Origin: Clostridiales bacterium
GTDB taxonomy: Bacteria > Bacillota > Dehalobacteriia > UBA4068
DNA: 64,000 nt
Direction: 5' to 3'
Assembly: GCA_040767605.1 (NCBI GenBank)
Contig: JAXGOI010000001.1
Location: forward strand, 1,538,638 to 1,602,637
Made by a program: the position numbers and the translations under genes. The notes beneath the pieces are model-generated. The model worked only from the letters and a program-made list of their open reading frames with translations. It made no database searches and had not been told where the DNA came from. Shown in pieces: positions 9,753 through 18,662 of this stretch; within the stretch, counting starts at the first letter, position 1, and each line of letters opens with the position of its first letter.

Positions 9753-10928
9753 GTGGAATTCGATTTTTTCAAGGCAAAATTTAAGGAGCAATTAATCAGC
9801 TGGCGGAGGAATTTTCATATGTACCCCGAAATTTCCGGCCAGGAGAAGGAAACCGCGGAATTTATTGCTGAGGAATTAAAGGAAATGGGCCTTGAAGTGC
9901 AGGAAAGAGTGGCGGGTTACGGCATCGTTGCTATTTTGCCGGGAGACCCTAAAAAGAAATGCGTGGCAATACGGGCGGATATGGACGCCCTGCCAATTGA
10001 AGAAAAAAACGAATGCAGCTATAAATCTAAGCGCCCCGGTAAAATGCATGCCTGCGGCCATGATGCCCATATGGCAATGGTTTTGGGGGCCGTAAAATAT
10101 CTTGTGCAAAACCCGCCTGAGGGGACGATTAAATTCTTCTTTCAGCCAAAAGAAGAAAAGCCCCCAGGGGGCGCAAAATATATGGTGGAAGCGGGGGTAA
10201 TGGAAAACCCTAAAGTAGACGCTGTTTTTGCTACCCATGTTACAAATTCCTACCCCGTGGGGACAATTGCAATTTGCGAAGGCGCCACCATGGCAGTTGC
10301 GGATGATTTTAAACTTGCTATTATCGGCAAAGGGGGCCATGGAGCCTTCCCCCATAAAACAATAGATACCATTGCCGTTACCGCCCAGGTTATAGAGGCT
10401 TTGCAAAGCATAACCAGCCGCCGGATGGACCCCACAGACCCTGTTGTCCTCACCATAGGGACAATTCACGGGGGAACGGCTCAAAATGTTATTCCCGATA
10501 GAGTAGATATGACGGGAACCCTCCGCTGTTTGAGTAATGAAGTCAGGGATCAAATGCTGGAATATATGCATAAAACCGTGGAGGGGGTTACAAGCTCCTG
10601 GGGGGCCCGCTATAAATTAGATTATCTTTACGGCTACCCCCCTGTTGTTAACGACCCCGAGCTTTTAAAGGTGGTGGAGGAAATTACAGAAAGTTTGCCC
10701 GATGCTGTAATTCATAAAATGGAAAAACCCCTTATGTCCGGGGAGGATGTCTCTTATTTTGGTTTAAAAACCCCTTTGGCCTTCTTTTTTACCGGGGCCG
10801 GCAATGAAGATAAACGCCAGGCCTGGCATAATTGCAGATTTGATATTGATGAGGGGGCCCTTTCTTACGGGGCGGGAGTTTTGGCTTTGGCTGCGGCTAA
10901 AGTTGCGGGAGAGGATAAAGAAAGCTAA
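9753..10928 (+). CDS. M20D-family amidohydrolase (N-acyl-amino-acid amidohydrolase / N-acetyldiaminopimelate deacetylase-like)
   Basis: HACGHDAH metal motif, the dimerisation lid region and GEDFSY-like GEDVSYF. GTG start after GGAGGAA. Confidence 0.85.
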   Translation: MEFDFFKAKFKEQLISWRRNFHMYPEISGQEKETAEFIAEELKEMGLEVQERVAGYGIVAILPGDPKKKCVAIRADMDALPIEEKNECSYKSKRPGKMHACGHDAHMAMVLGAVKYLVQNPPEGTIKFFFQPKEEKPPGGAKYMVEAGVMENPKVDAVFATHVTNSYPVGTIAICEGATMAVADDFKLAIIGKGGHGAFPHKTIDTIAVTAQVIEALQSITSRRMDPTDPVVLTIGTIHGGTAQNVIPDRVDMTGTLRCLSNEVRDQMLEYMHKTVEGVTSSWGARYKLDYLYGYPPVVNDPELLKVVEEITESLPDAVIHKMEKPLMSGEDVSYFGLKTPLAFFFTGAGNEDKRQAWHNCRFDIDEGALSYGAGVLALAAAKVAGEDKES

Positions 10929-11497
10929 TGTTGGAGCGGCTGCTTTTTTTAATGGATGCCTTAAATAATGGCTGGAAAGTATTTTTTCTTTCTATGTTCC
11001 CCATTAGCGAGCTGAGAGTATCCATCCCCCTGGGGTTTTTATGGGGTATGGAGCCTTTAAGCTGTTTTATATGGGCTTTTTGCGGGAATATAATCCCTAT
11101 TATTCCTATTTTACTCATTCTGCCCCTGGTATATAAGGCCCTTCTTAAGCTTGGCCTGGGGGGTAAAACCTTAACCCGTATTTTAGAAAGATTCCGCCGC
11201 CGGGGAAGACAGGTAGAAAGATACGGCCTAATCGGCTTGGCCTTATTTGTGGCTATCCCCCTACCAGGCACCGGAATTTGGACCGCCTGCCTGATTGCCT
11301 TCCTTTTCGGCTTAAATCAGGCCAAGGCGGCAGTTGCCATTGCTTTGGGGGCCTTTATGGCCGGGATTTTAGTTACATTGGCCTCAATGGGGGCTTTGGC
11401 CCTTTACCGGGCAATTTACGGCTTGGAATACCTTGCCATACTTGCTTTAATAATTCTTTTAATTTATTTATGGCGTAAAAAACATAATATTAAATAA
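10928..11497 (+). CDS. Small multi-drug export protein family (COG2426-like) membrane protein
   Basis: FPISELRVSIPLG...AIPLPGTGIWTA motifs and 4-5 TM helices. The start overlaps the upstream stop (TAATG), implying translational coupling. Confidence 0.65.
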   Translation: MLERLLFLMDALNNGWKVFFLSMFPISELRVSIPLGFLWGMEPLSCFIWAFCGNIIPIIPILLILPLVYKALLKLGLGGKTLTRILERFRRRGRQVERYGLIGLALFVAIPLPGTGIWTACLIAFLFGLNQAKAAVAIALGAFMAGILVTLASMGALALYRAIYGLEYLAILALIILLIYLWRKKHNIK

Positions 11498-11510
11498 AAC
11501 TTATTTAAAA

Positions 11511-11537
11511 GGCTTGCCTTAAGGCAAGCCTTTTTTT
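11511..11537 (+). terminator. Intrinsic terminator
   Basis: GGCTTGCC-TTAA-GGCAAGCC then TTTTTTT. Confidence 0.85.
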
Positions 11538-11702
11538 ATGGCCAAAGAGATATAATCTATAATAAAAGAGCTGATTTCTGTTGTTTTAAGGCGGTTTTTT
11601 TGCAGAATTGCAGTTATAAAAAGAATGGTGTCGCTATTAATTTAAATATTTTTTTAAAGCAAAGAAGGAGAAAGGAGAATAAAATAGAATAGAATTAGTT
11701 AC

Positions 11703-11732
11703 AAAGTGGGGCAAAGTGGTTTGAAGTAGAGG
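11703..11732 (+). promoter_or_regulatory. Putative MraZ operator: three direct repeats at 10-nt spacing
   Basis: AAAGTGGGGC / AAAGTGGTTT / GAAGTAGAGG start at 11703, 11713 and 11723, and the array ends 44 nt upstream of the mraZ ATG. Pattern matches described MraZ boxes (GTGG-type repeats at helical periodicity). Confidence 0.55.
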
Positions 11733-11775
11733 GTAATTTACTTATCCGAAGAATAGCTAGGGAGGCAGCCTGCTA

Positions 11776-12213
11776 ATGCTAATGGGAGAGTTTCAACATT
11801 CCATTGATAATAAAGGGCGTGTAATAGTACCGGCAAAATTCCGGGAGGAGCTGGGCCCCAGGTTTATCCTTACAAAAGGCCTGGATAATTGCCTTTTTGC
11901 CTACCCCTTGGAAGAGTGGAATGCCGTAGTTGCCAATTTGCGCCAGCTTTCCTTCACTAAGGCGGATGCCAGAGCCTTCTCCCGCTTTTTCTTTTCCGGC
12001 GCCGATGAGGTGGAAACGGATAAGCAGGGCAGAATTTTAATTGCCCCCCATTTGCGGCAATATGCTTCATTAGATAAAGAAATTGTAATAATCGGTGTTT
12101 CCTCCCGCATGGAAATTTGGGATAAGGAGGCCTGGTCGGCATATCGCAGCAGCGCCGATAGCCAGTATGAAGAAATCGCTGAAAAGGTGACGGATTGGGA
12201 TATAGGGATTTAG
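11776..12213 (+). CDS. mraZ: Transcriptional regulator MraZ
   Basis: [23 protein letters not shown] and a second DxxGR(I) SpoVT-AbrB repeat ([13 protein letters not shown]). Confidence 0.95.
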   Translation: MLMGEFQHSIDNKGRVIVPAKFREELGPRFILTKGLDNCLFAYPLEEWNAVVANLRQLSFTKADARAFSRFFFSGADEVETDKQGRILIAPHLRQYASLDKEIVIIGVSSRMEIWDKEAWSAYRSSADSQYEEIAEKVTDWDIGI

Positions 12214-12224
12214 GCGGTGAAAAT

Positions 12225-13163
12225 ATGAGTCAATTTCAGCATAAGCCGATTATGGTAAACCAGGTTATTGAGGCCCTTAAACCTAAAAACGAAGGCATTT
12301 ATATAGATTGCACTCTAGGGGGCGGAGGCCATTCCAAAGCTATTTTAGAGGCCAGCTCTCCCCAGGGTAAATTAATTGCCATAGATAGAGATGAGGATGC
12401 CTTAATTGCCGGGGGCAATAATTTAAAAGAATTCGGTTCAAGAATTACCCTGGTAAAAGATAAATTTTCTAATCTTAAGGCTATCGGCCTTGAGTATGCC
12501 CCCCGGGGCGCGGACGGGATAATTATGGATATCGGGGTTTCGTCTTATCAATTAGATGAAAAAAACCGGGGTTTTTCCTATATGCAGGACAGCGCCTTGG
12601 ATATGCGTATGGATCAAAGCCAGCGCATGACGGCCCAGTTAATTGTAAATACCTATACAAAAGAGGAATTGGCGGATATATTTTACCGCTACGGTGAGGA
12701 AAAGTGGGCAAAAAGAATTGCCGAATTTATTATTGAAGGCCGCCGCCAATTACCTATAGTAAGTACGGGGCAGCTGGTGGAAATAATAAAAAGGGCCGTG
12801 CCCAAAGGAGCCAGAGAAAGGGATCAGCACCCGGCTAAAAGGGTTTTTCAGGCTTTAAGAATTGAAGTAAACGGGGAATTAAAAGAGCTGGAAACAGCCT
12901 TGGATTCCGCCAAAGATATTTTAAAGCCCGGGGGAAGGCTTGCCGTAATTACCTTTCATTCTCTGGAAGACAGAATTGTAAAAGAAAAGTTTAAATATTT
13001 TGCCGCAGATTGCATTTGCCCGCCTAATTTACCGATTTGCGCCTGTAATAAAGAGGCCGAGGCAAAAATAATTACCAGAAGGCCCATTATACCCCCGGAG
13101 GCCGAGATTAAAGAAAACCCCAGGGCAAGAAGTGCAAAAATGCGGATTTTAGAAAAGTTCTAA
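12225..13163 (+). CDS. rsmH: 16S rRNA (cytosine1402-N4)-methyltransferase
   Basis: HKPIMVNQV...DCTLGGGGHS...DIGVSSYQLD...FHSLEDRIVK. ATG 12225 follows GGCGGTGA; the track start at 12195 overlaps the mraZ end. Confidence 0.95.
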   Translation: MSQFQHKPIMVNQVIEALKPKNEGIYIDCTLGGGGHSKAILEASSPQGKLIAIDRDEDALIAGGNNLKEFGSRITLVKDKFSNLKAIGLEYAPRGADGIIMDIGVSSYQLDEKNRGFSYMQDSALDMRMDQSQRMTAQLIVNTYTKEELADIFYRYGEEKWAKRIAEFIIEGRRQLPIVSTGQLVEIIKRAVPKGARERDQHPAKRVFQALRIEVNGELKELETALDSAKDILKPGGRLAVITFHSLEDRIVKEKFKYFAADCICPPNLPICACNKEAEAKIITRRPIIPPEAEIKENPRARSAKMRILEKF

Positions 13164-13184
13164 GGCGGAAGGAGGGAGCATAAA

Positions 13185-13751
13185 TTGTTAGCAGCTAGAG
13201 CTAATCAGGCCTGGGTAAACAAAGAAGATTATTCTAAAGAGCGAAGTATTGAATATATCAGGGAAAAGCAGCGCCAAAAAGAAATTGCCCAAATTAAAAA
13301 GCGCCAGGCAAAGGAAAACTCTCTCCGCAAGGATAGAGCCAAAATTGCCGGCCTAGTGTTTTGCGGTTTTATTATGGCCTTTTCTTTTAGTTTTTTAGAG
13401 GCTAAAATAGGCATATGCGGCTATAAAATAAATGAAACCAAAGAAAAAATCGCCCAAACGGAAAGCCAGTGCGAAAGGCTGGAATTAGAAATTGCGGATT
13501 TAGGCTCCCTGGATAGAATAGAGGAATATGCCATAGCCCAGCTGGGAATGAAATACCCCGAGCATGTCAATATAGCTTATTTAAATTATGAGCCCCTGAG
13601 CGTGGCGGCCTTGGATGAGGCAAACGGTTCAAATCCGGCGGCTAAAATTACCGTCCACGAGGAGGGCCCGGCGGAAAGTTCAATTATTCAGGGGCTTTAT
13701 AAATTGCTTGGCTCCCATTTTAAGAGGGAGGCAAAAGCGGCAGTGGAATAA
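13185..13751 (+). CDS. ftsL: Cell division protein FtsL / septum formation initiator family
   Basis: Position between rsmH and the PBP gene. Basic cytoplasmic N-terminus, one TM (IAGLVFCGFIMAFSFSFL), then a coiled coil. TTG start 6 nt after GGAGGGAG. Confidence 0.7.
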   Translation: MLAARANQAWVNKEDYSKERSIEYIREKQRQKEIAQIKKRQAKENSLRKDRAKIAGLVFCGFIMAFSFSFLEAKIGICGYKINETKEKIAQTESQCERLELEIADLGSLDRIEEYAIAQLGMKYPEHVNIAYLNYEPLSVAALDEANGSNPAAKITVHEEGPAESSIIQGLYKLLGSHFKREAKAAVE

Positions 13752-13776
13752 TTAAAGGCCTCAAGAGGTGAGTGTT

Positions 13777-15948
13777 ATGGCGGTAAAAATTCAAATCAGA
13801 AGAAAGATCGCCTTTGTGCTCATTGTTTTACTGATTTTTTTTATTGCGGTTATCGCAAAGCTTATTTATATTCAATTTGTGCAGGGCAGTGAATTGCAGC
13901 TAAAGGCCGAGGCTCTCAGAACCAGAAATGTTGCTGTTACCGCCAAAAGGGGTACGATTTATGACAGCACAGGAAGTAAATTGGCAATCAGCATCAGCGC
14001 GGATTCCATTTACGCGGTTCCTCCAGAGGTAATAAAATCCGGCAGAGCTGAAGAAACTGCTCTTTTTTTATCCCGGGTTTTAGAAATGGATTATGACAGG
14101 CTAATGGAGAAAATTACCGCCAACCGTTCCTTTGAATGGATAAAACGCAAGGCGGATTTTGCCATTGCTCAGGAAATAATTGATGCCCAATTGCCGGGAA
14201 TTAAAATTGCCCAGGAATCTCAGCGTTTTTACCCCAAAGGTATGCTGGCCAGCCATGTTTTGGGCTTTGCCGGTATAGATAATCAGGGGCTGGAGGGTAT
14301 AGAAATTGCCTTCGATACCCAATTAAAAGGGGTGGACGGCAGTATTATAGGGGAATTTGATGCCAAAAGCAGGGAAATTCCCCAGGGGCAGCAAACTTTT
14401 AACCCTCCCCAGGACGGTTATGATTTGCATCTTACCATTGATGAGAATATCCAGTATTTTTGTGAGCGGGAGCTGGATAAACTTATGAATGATGAAAACC
14501 CTCCCCAAAGAGCCATGGTTTTAATGATGAACCCCAAAAACGGGGAGATTTTAGCCATGGCCAAAAGGCCCGCCTACGACCCTAATAATTATCAGGATTT
14601 CGGCCAGGGGGATTTGCGCAATTCCATTATAAGCGATTCCTATGAGCCGGGCTCCACATTTAAGATTATTACTGCCTCCGTAGCTTTGGAGGAGCAGGTT
14701 ATAAATGTAGATACCCGTTTTTATTGCTCCGGCCATGCCGCGGTGGGGAATAAAAAAATCCGCTGCTGGCGCTACTACCGGCCCCATGGCAGCCAAAGCT
14801 TTGCCGAGGTAATGCAAAATTCCTGCAACCCCGGCTTTGTGGAGGTGGGGCTGAAAATCGAAGCTAAAGAAAAGGGCTTGTTTTATAAATATCTTAAGGC
14901 TTTTGGCTTCGGTCAAAGCACATCTTTGGGCTTAAGCGGAGAGGCCGACGGAATAATGATTAAAGAGGATCAGTTAAAAAAGATTAATATTGCCACAATT
15001 TCCATCGGCCAGGGGATTTCCGTAACTCCTCTGCAGCTAGTTACAGGGGTTTCCGCCGCGGTAAACGGGGGAATTCTTTATAAGCCCCAATTAGTAAAGG
15101 AAATATGGGATAAAGAGGGGAATATTATCCAAAGCAACAGCCCTCAGGAGGTAAGGCGGGTTATTTCCCCGGAAACCTCAGCAACTGTCCGGGAAATATT
15201 GGAAAGCGTTGTAACAGACGGCACCGGCAGAAGAGGCTATATTGAGGGCTACCGGGTAGGGGGTAAAACAGGCACGGCCCAAAAACCGGGCCCCGGCGGG
15301 TATATGGAAGGCAAATATGTGGCCTCTTTTTGCGGCATAGCCCCTATGGATGACCCGCAGGTGGTGGCTTTGGTAATTATTGATGAGCCTTATACCGGCA
15401 GTAATGTGTATCAGGGGGGGCAGATTGCGGCCCCGGTATTTAAATCCATAATGACGGATACCCTGCATTATCTGGGTATTGTAAGCCAAATGCCCGAAGG
15501 GCATATACCGGATGAAAGTGAAAATATAAAAAAAGGAATTTCTGTACCCAGTGTGGTTAATTTAGACAGCGCCAGTGCCAAAAAGGCTTTGGAGCTGGAG
15601 GGTTTTAAAGTAAAAATTGAGGGGGAAGAGGGTTTTGTAGCCTCTCAGGTTCCTGCCGGCCTTTCCAAGGTGGAAGGGGGCAGCACGGTAATTATTAAAA
15701 CCCAGGGCGCCGCAGGCACAGAATCCATGGGGCAAATAAGTATTCCCGATCTTACCGGTTACCGCCTGCGGGATGCCGCCGAGCTTTTAGGGGCCATGGG
15801 CTTAAAGCTGTCCCCGGAGGGCGCAGGAGGCCTGGCCTATGAGCAAAACCCCCAACCGGGGGAAATGGTACAGGGGGGCAGCACCGTTACGGTTAAGTTT
15901 AAGACGGAGGAAATTGACCCGGTTCAGGAAACTCTTGGCCCCAATTAA
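13777..15948 (+). CDS. Class B penicillin-binding protein with two C-terminal PASTA domains (FtsI/PBP2B/SpoVD type)
   Basis: N-terminal TM, dimerisation domain, SxxK (GSTFK), SxN (SCN) and KTGT motifs. Two PASTA repeats (VPSVVNLD... and IPDLTGYR...). Confidence 0.9.
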   Translation: MAVKIQIRRKIAFVLIVLLIFFIAVIAKLIYIQFVQGSELQLKAEALRTRNVAVTAKRGTIYDSTGSKLAISISADSIYAVPPEVIKSGRAEETALFLSRVLEMDYDRLMEKITANRSFEWIKRKADFAIAQEIIDAQLPGIKIAQESQRFYPKGMLASHVLGFAGIDNQGLEGIEIAFDTQLKGVDGSIIGEFDAKSREIPQGQQTFNPPQDGYDLHLTIDENIQYFCERELDKLMNDENPPQRAMVLMMNPKNGEILAMAKRPAYDPNNYQDFGQGDLRNSIISDSYEPGSTFKIITASVALEEQVINVDTRFYCSGHAAVGNKKIRCWRYYRPHGSQSFAEVMQNSCNPGFVEVGLKIEAKEKGLFYKYLKAFGFGQSTSLGLSGEADGIMIKEDQLKKINIATISIGQGISVTPLQLVTGVSAAVNGGILYKPQLVKEIWDKEGNIIQSNSPQEVRRVISPETSATVREILESVVTDGTGRRGYIEGYRVGGKTGTAQKPGPGGYMEGKYVASFCGIAPMDDPQVVALVIIDEPYTGSNVYQGGQIAAPVFKSIMTDTLHYLGIVSQMPEGHIPDESENIKKGISVPSVVNLDSASAKKALELEGFKVKIEGEEGFVASQVPAGLSKVEGGSTVIIKTQGAAGTESMGQISIPDLTGYRLRDAAELLGAMGLKLSPEGAGGLAYEQNPQPGEMVQGGSTVTVKFKTEEIDPVQETLGPN

Positions 15949-15980
15949 AGTCTTTTCAGTTGTTTTTAGGGGGAATATTA

Positions 15981-17471
15981 ATGAAAATTAAAGATATTTT
16001 AGCCTGCCTGGAGGGGCTTGCCGAAATTCGCGGCAAATACCCGGAGGATTTAAATATTCAGGGGCTGGCTTATGATTCCCGCATAGTAAAGCCGGGGGAT
16101 CTTTTTGTGGCCATTAAAGGGGCGCAGGCAGACGGGCATAAATTTGTGCCTCAGGCTTTGGAAAGAGGCGCCGCCGCTATATTATGCGAATATTATTTAG
16201 AAGAAATACCCCCCCATATTCCCCAGCTTATTTCCCCAAACAGCAGGGCTTTAATGTCTAAACTGGCCGCCGCCTTTAGCGGTTGGCCGGATAGGGATTT
16301 TTTTCTGGTGGGTATAACGGGTACAAACGGCAAAACAACCACAACCCATCTTTTAAAATGGCTTTGGGAATGCGCCGGTTTCCCCTCTGGGATTATTGGA
16401 ACAATTAAAAATTATATCGGCAAAAAAGAATTGGCAACTAATCATACAACCCCGGAATCTCTGGAGATTTTTGAGCTGTTTAGCGAAATGAGGGAGGCAA
16501 AAATTAAAAATGCGGCTATGGAGGTATCTTCCCATAGTTTAAAGCAAGGCAGAGTTGCGGGCTGCTCTTTTAATGCCGGGGTTTTTACTAATTTAACCCA
16601 GGATCATTTAGATTTTCATAATACTTTGGAGGATTATAAAAAAAGCAAGGCTGTTTTATTTGAAATGCTGGAAAACCGGGAGGGTGAAAATAACTTTGCC
16701 CTTATAAATAAAGATGATGAGGCGGGGGAATATATGGCGGCCCGCTGCAGGGTGCCGGTATATTATTACGGCCTGGGGGAGGGCTGCCATTTAAGGGTTA
16801 AAGAATACCGCTCCACCCCTTTAGGAACTGTATTTACCCTTTTATTTGAGGGAAGGGAGTACCCGGTAAAAATCCCCCTTATAGGGCGCTTTAATATTTA
16901 TAATGCTTTGGCGGCCTTAGGTGTGGCCCTGGGCCAGGGGCTGCCCCTAAAGGATTGTATAGGGTATTTAAAAAACGCTCCCCAAATTGCGGGGCGCTTT
17001 GAATTAATCAATGCCGGGCAGGATTTTACCGTTATTGTAGATTATGCCCATACCCCCGATGGTCTTTTAAATCTTCTTACCTCTGCCGGGGAAATTGCCG
17101 CAAAAAGAATTATTACGGTTTTTGGCTGCGGCGGGGACAGAGACCGTACCAAAAGGCCGATAATGGCGGATATTGCCGCTAAGTACAGCGATTTTGTAAT
17201 TATAACCTCGGATAACCCCCGGAGCGAAAACCCCTTTGAGATTTTAGACCAAATAGAAGAAGGCATTAAAGGCAAAAACTGCCCCTATTTAAAAATAGAA
17301 AGCCGCCTCCGGGCCATAGAAAAGGCCGTAAAAATGGCTGAAAAAGGGGATATGCTTATAATTGCCGGCAAAGGCCATGAGGATTACCAACTGGTGGGGC
17401 AAGAGGTTTTGCATTTTGATGACAGGGAAACAGCCAGGGAGCTTATAAAAGAGCTTTTAGCCGGCAGGTAA
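15981..17471 (+). CDS. murE: UDP-N-acetylmuramoyl-L-alanyl-D-glutamate--2,6-diaminopimelate ligase
   Basis: GITGTNGKTTT P-loop and a DNPR motif (TSDNPRSENP) characteristic of meso-DAP-adding MurE. ATG 15981 follows GGGGGAA. Confidence 0.9.
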   Translation: MKIKDILACLEGLAEIRGKYPEDLNIQGLAYDSRIVKPGDLFVAIKGAQADGHKFVPQALERGAAAILCEYYLEEIPPHIPQLISPNSRALMSKLAAAFSGWPDRDFFLVGITGTNGKTTTTHLLKWLWECAGFPSGIIGTIKNYIGKKELATNHTTPESLEIFELFSEMREAKIKNAAMEVSSHSLKQGRVAGCSFNAGVFTNLTQDHLDFHNTLEDYKKSKAVLFEMLENREGENNFALINKDDEAGEYMAARCRVPVYYYGLGEGCHLRVKEYRSTPLGTVFTLLFEGREYPVKIPLIGRFNIYNALAALGVALGQGLPLKDCIGYLKNAPQIAGRFELINAGQDFTVIVDYAHTPDGLLNLLTSAGEIAAKRIITVFGCGGDRDRTKRPIMADIAAKYSDFVIITSDNPRSENPFEILDQIEEGIKGKNCPYLKIESRLRAIEKAVKMAEKGDMLIIAGKGHEDYQLVGQEVLHFDDRETARELIKELLAGR

Positions 17472-17517
17472 AAGAGGTAAGGCAAAAAAACCTAATTAAA
17501 AAGGGCTGAAAAGCGGC

Positions 17518-17598
17518 AAAGGCTAAAAGCCGGGAAGACTGCAAAGCCTGAAAGGCTAAAAAGCTAAAAAGTCCTGAAAGGCTAAAATAAAGGAAAAT
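17518..17598 (+). repeat. A-rich tandem word repeats in the murE-mraY spacer
   Basis: AAAGGCTAAAA occurs at 17518, 17551 and 17577. The 15-mer CCTGAAAGGCTAAAA occurs at 17547 and 17573 (26-nt period). Confidence 0.8.
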
Positions 17599-17657
17599 GC
17601 CTTAAAAGCTGTAAGTATATATACACAGCCTAGGCTATTTATATTTGCGAGGTTAAA

Positions 17658-18644
17658 ATGTCGAAACCGTTTATGCTTGTTTTATGGGCCGCCTTAATAA
17701 CTCTGGCGGAGGGCCCAATTTTCATCCCTCTTTTAAAGAGATTGAAATTTGGACAAACAATACGCATGGAAGGCCCCAGGCGCCATTTATCAAAAACGGG
17801 AACCCCAACCATGGGGGGGCTTATGTTTTTATTACCCCTTTTAAGCGTGGTTTTAGTTTTTGCCGATTCCTCCGGGGCCTTATGCCTTACGGTACTGGCC
17901 TTTATTGGTTTTGGGGCTATCGGCTGCTGGGATGATTTGCTTAAAATCGCCTGGCGCAGGTCCCTGGGCCTCACCGTTATACAGAAGCTGGCGGCCCAGT
18001 TTAGCCTAATTATTCTTTTGCTTATCTGGGCTGTTAAGGGCCTTGAAAGAGGAACGCAAATTGTTTTCCCCTTTGGTTTCATTTGGGAGGCCGGCCTTGC
18101 CTATTACCCCCTTCTGGCAATATTTTTAGTTTTTATGATTAATGCCGTAAACCTTACGGATGGCCTGGATGGCTTGGCTGCGGGGGTTTCGGGCATGGTT
18201 TTTTTAGCTTTTGGAATTATTGCTCTTGCTTTTGAATTTTCTCCCCCGGTTTTAGGAATAAATTATGGGGATTTATCCGTATTCTCTTTTGCTATGACCG
18301 GGGTTTGCCTGGGTTTTCTCTTTTATAACCGTTATCCGGCCCGAGTTTTTATGGGGGATACCGGCTCTTTGGCAATAGGGGGCGCTTTAGCCGCCCTGGC
18401 TGTTTTAACAAAAACGGAAGTTTTCTTTTTGCTAATCGGGGGAGTATATGTTGTGGAGGCCTTATCTGTGGTGCTGCAGGTTTTTAGCTTTAAAATCTGG
18501 GGCAGGAGGATTTTCCGCATGAGCCCCCTACATCATCATTTTGAAATGCTTGGCTGGCGGGAAACCAGGGTTGTAGCGGTATTCTGGCTGGTATCCGCCT
18601 TATGTGTTGTTTCGGGTATTATGCTTATAGCTCTTATTAATTAG
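17658..18644 (+). CDS. mraY: Phospho-N-acetylmuramoyl-pentapeptide transferase
   Basis: Polytopic membrane protein; NLTDGLDGLA, GDTGSL and PLHHHFE motifs. Confidence 0.95.
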   Translation: MSKPFMLVLWAALITLAEGPIFIPLLKRLKFGQTIRMEGPRRHLSKTGTPTMGGLMFLLPLLSVVLVFADSSGALCLTVLAFIGFGAIGCWDDLLKIAWRRSLGLTVIQKLAAQFSLIILLLIWAVKGLERGTQIVFPFGFIWEAGLAYYPLLAIFLVFMINAVNLTDGLDGLAAGVSGMVFLAFGIIALAFEFSPPVLGINYGDLSVFSFAMTGVCLGFLFYNRYPARVFMGDTGSLAIGGALAALAVLTKTEVFFLLIGGVYVVEALSVVLQVFSFKIWGRRIFRMSPLHHHFEMLGWRETRVVAVFWLVSALCVVSGIMLIALIN

Positions 18645-18662
18645 CCCGGGCCTTAAGGAGAA

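Noticed and set aside
9876-10571. 231-aa ORF on the minus strand
   Set aside because: It lies entirely antisense to the well-conserved M20 amidohydrolase gene. It has no SD and an odd composition (Cys/His/Phe-rich, no recognisable motif). This is a typical shadow ORF.
17518-17598. CRISPR-like or mobile-element interpretation of the tandem repeats here and at 32313-32398
   Set aside because: The units are 16-26 nt with no unique spacers, there are only 2-3 copies, there are no cas genes, and there are no terminal inverted repeats or transposase.
17639-18082. 147-aa minus-strand ORF overlapping the mraY start
   Set aside because: Antisense to mraY. It is basic and low-complexity, with no independent signals. 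Shadow ORF. The same reasoning applies to the other 60-130-aa antisense or off-frame ORFs in the track (for example 4129-4485, 7044-7409, 14551-14916, 24272-24622, 27468-27845, 35815-36201, 61993-62373).
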